From: Megasphaera elsdenii DSM 20460
GTDB lineage: Bacteria > Bacillota > Negativicutes > Veillonellales > Megasphaeraceae
Reading direction: 5' to 3'
Assembly: GCF_003010495.1 (NCBI RefSeq)
Contig: NZ_CP027570.1
Coordinates: forward strand, 1,830,001-1,862,000
DNA length: 32,000 nt
Program-made: the position numbers and the translations under genes
Notes under the pieces: generated by a model
The model's input: only the letters and a program-made list of their open reading frames with translations
Databases searched by the model: none
Told to the model about the DNA's origin: nothing
Part shown: in pieces, positions 31,570-32,000 of the stretch
Layout: each line of letters starts with the position of its first letter
How positions within the stretch are numbered: position 1 is the first letter of the stretch

Positions 31570-32000
31570 ATGAATAAAATATACAAAGTCGTGTGGAATA
31601 AAGCAAGAAATTGCTATGTTGTAGCTTCGGAATTTGCTAAAAATCATCAAACGGGTTCAAGCCGTAAAGCTGCATCTGTAGCGGCTGTTATGGCAGCAAC
31701 TATGCTAACTATCGGGACAGGCGTTATATATGCTGCTGATAATGTAGATACAAGTGTAAAAGAGCCAAAAGAAACTATTGTATATAACAATACAACAGAT
31801 GAAACCACGAAGTTAAATGATCCTAATTTAAGCCATTATCGTCCTGGTAGTTGGGTTCATGGTCATACAGCTGAATGTGGTGAGTTGACGTATAATACAA
31901 CATTGACGATTGGGGACATTAATAAAGTTGTCGATAGATTAGTTGAGAATGATAAATTGCTTTATGATCAGGACATTAAAAATGTAACCATGAATAAGGA
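31570..32000 (+). CDS. N-terminus of an ESPR-bearing type V secretion adhesin (autotransporter or trimeric autotransporter), 3' end outside window
   Basis: AGGAGG SD. MNKIYKVVWNKARNCYVVASEFAK matches the extended signal peptide region motif. It is followed by a hydrophobic core and an IYA/AD cleavage site, then an Asn/Thr/Asp-rich passenger. Open to the window edge. Confidence 0.85.
   Translation, partial: MNKIYKVVWNKARNCYVVASEFAKNHQTGSSRKAASVAAVMAATMLTIGTGVIYAADNVDTSVKEPKETIVYNNTTDETTKLNDPNLSHYRPGSWVHGHTAECGELTYNTTLTIGDINKVVDRLVENDKLLYDQDIKNVTMNK

Noticed and set aside
31312-31650. 112-aa minus-strand ORF in the low-GC island.
   Set aside because: It overlaps the strongly supported ESPR start with its AGGAGG RBS and the zinc-ribbon ORF on the plus strand. 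It has no RBS and a Phe/Ile-rich translation typical of antisense AT-rich sequence.

Overview
The window reads as a chromosomal segment from a diderm Firmicute, probably Negativicutes and Megasphaera/Veillonellaceae-like. The basis is OmpM-type porins ending in a terminal Phe, an ESPR type V adhesin, and Firmicute yqe-type gene order. Most of it is GC-rich housekeeping coding sequence. On the + strand: hpf; secA; prfB with its programmed +1 frameshift; an envelope module (DUF2993-like, DUF5693-like, csaB); ftsE-ftsX-M23 peptidase-S41 peptidase; obg; yhbY; proBA; nadD-yqeK-LCP-rsfS-cvfB; an ECF S-component/pdxK/radical-SAM operon; and a DapF-fold racemase-like gene. On the - strand: putP, a CBS-pair protein and pckA. 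Two visibly AT-rich accessory patches sit at the window edges. At ~283-1125 an orphan membrane protein lies between two porin paralogues. At ~30920-32000 there is a TA microsatellite, two coupled small ORFs and the 5' end of an ESPR adhesin. I saw no tRNA, rRNA, CRISPR array, transposase, or recognisable toxin or defence system. The most striking non-genic signal is that almost every intergenic gap carries a family of GTAG-plus-hairpin REP-like elements. Their stems differ between copies by compensatory changes. Two further repeat families and heptanucleotide tandem repeats accompany them. Some copies supply stop codons, one set is phased at 57 bp, and one inverted pair brackets pckA. The best candidates for undescribed biology are this repeat system, the DUF2993/DUF5693/csaB envelope module, the palindrome-laden promoter of the B6-salvage operon, and the small-ORF leader of the adhesin locus. 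All family assignments come from reading the translations by eye, with no database search.
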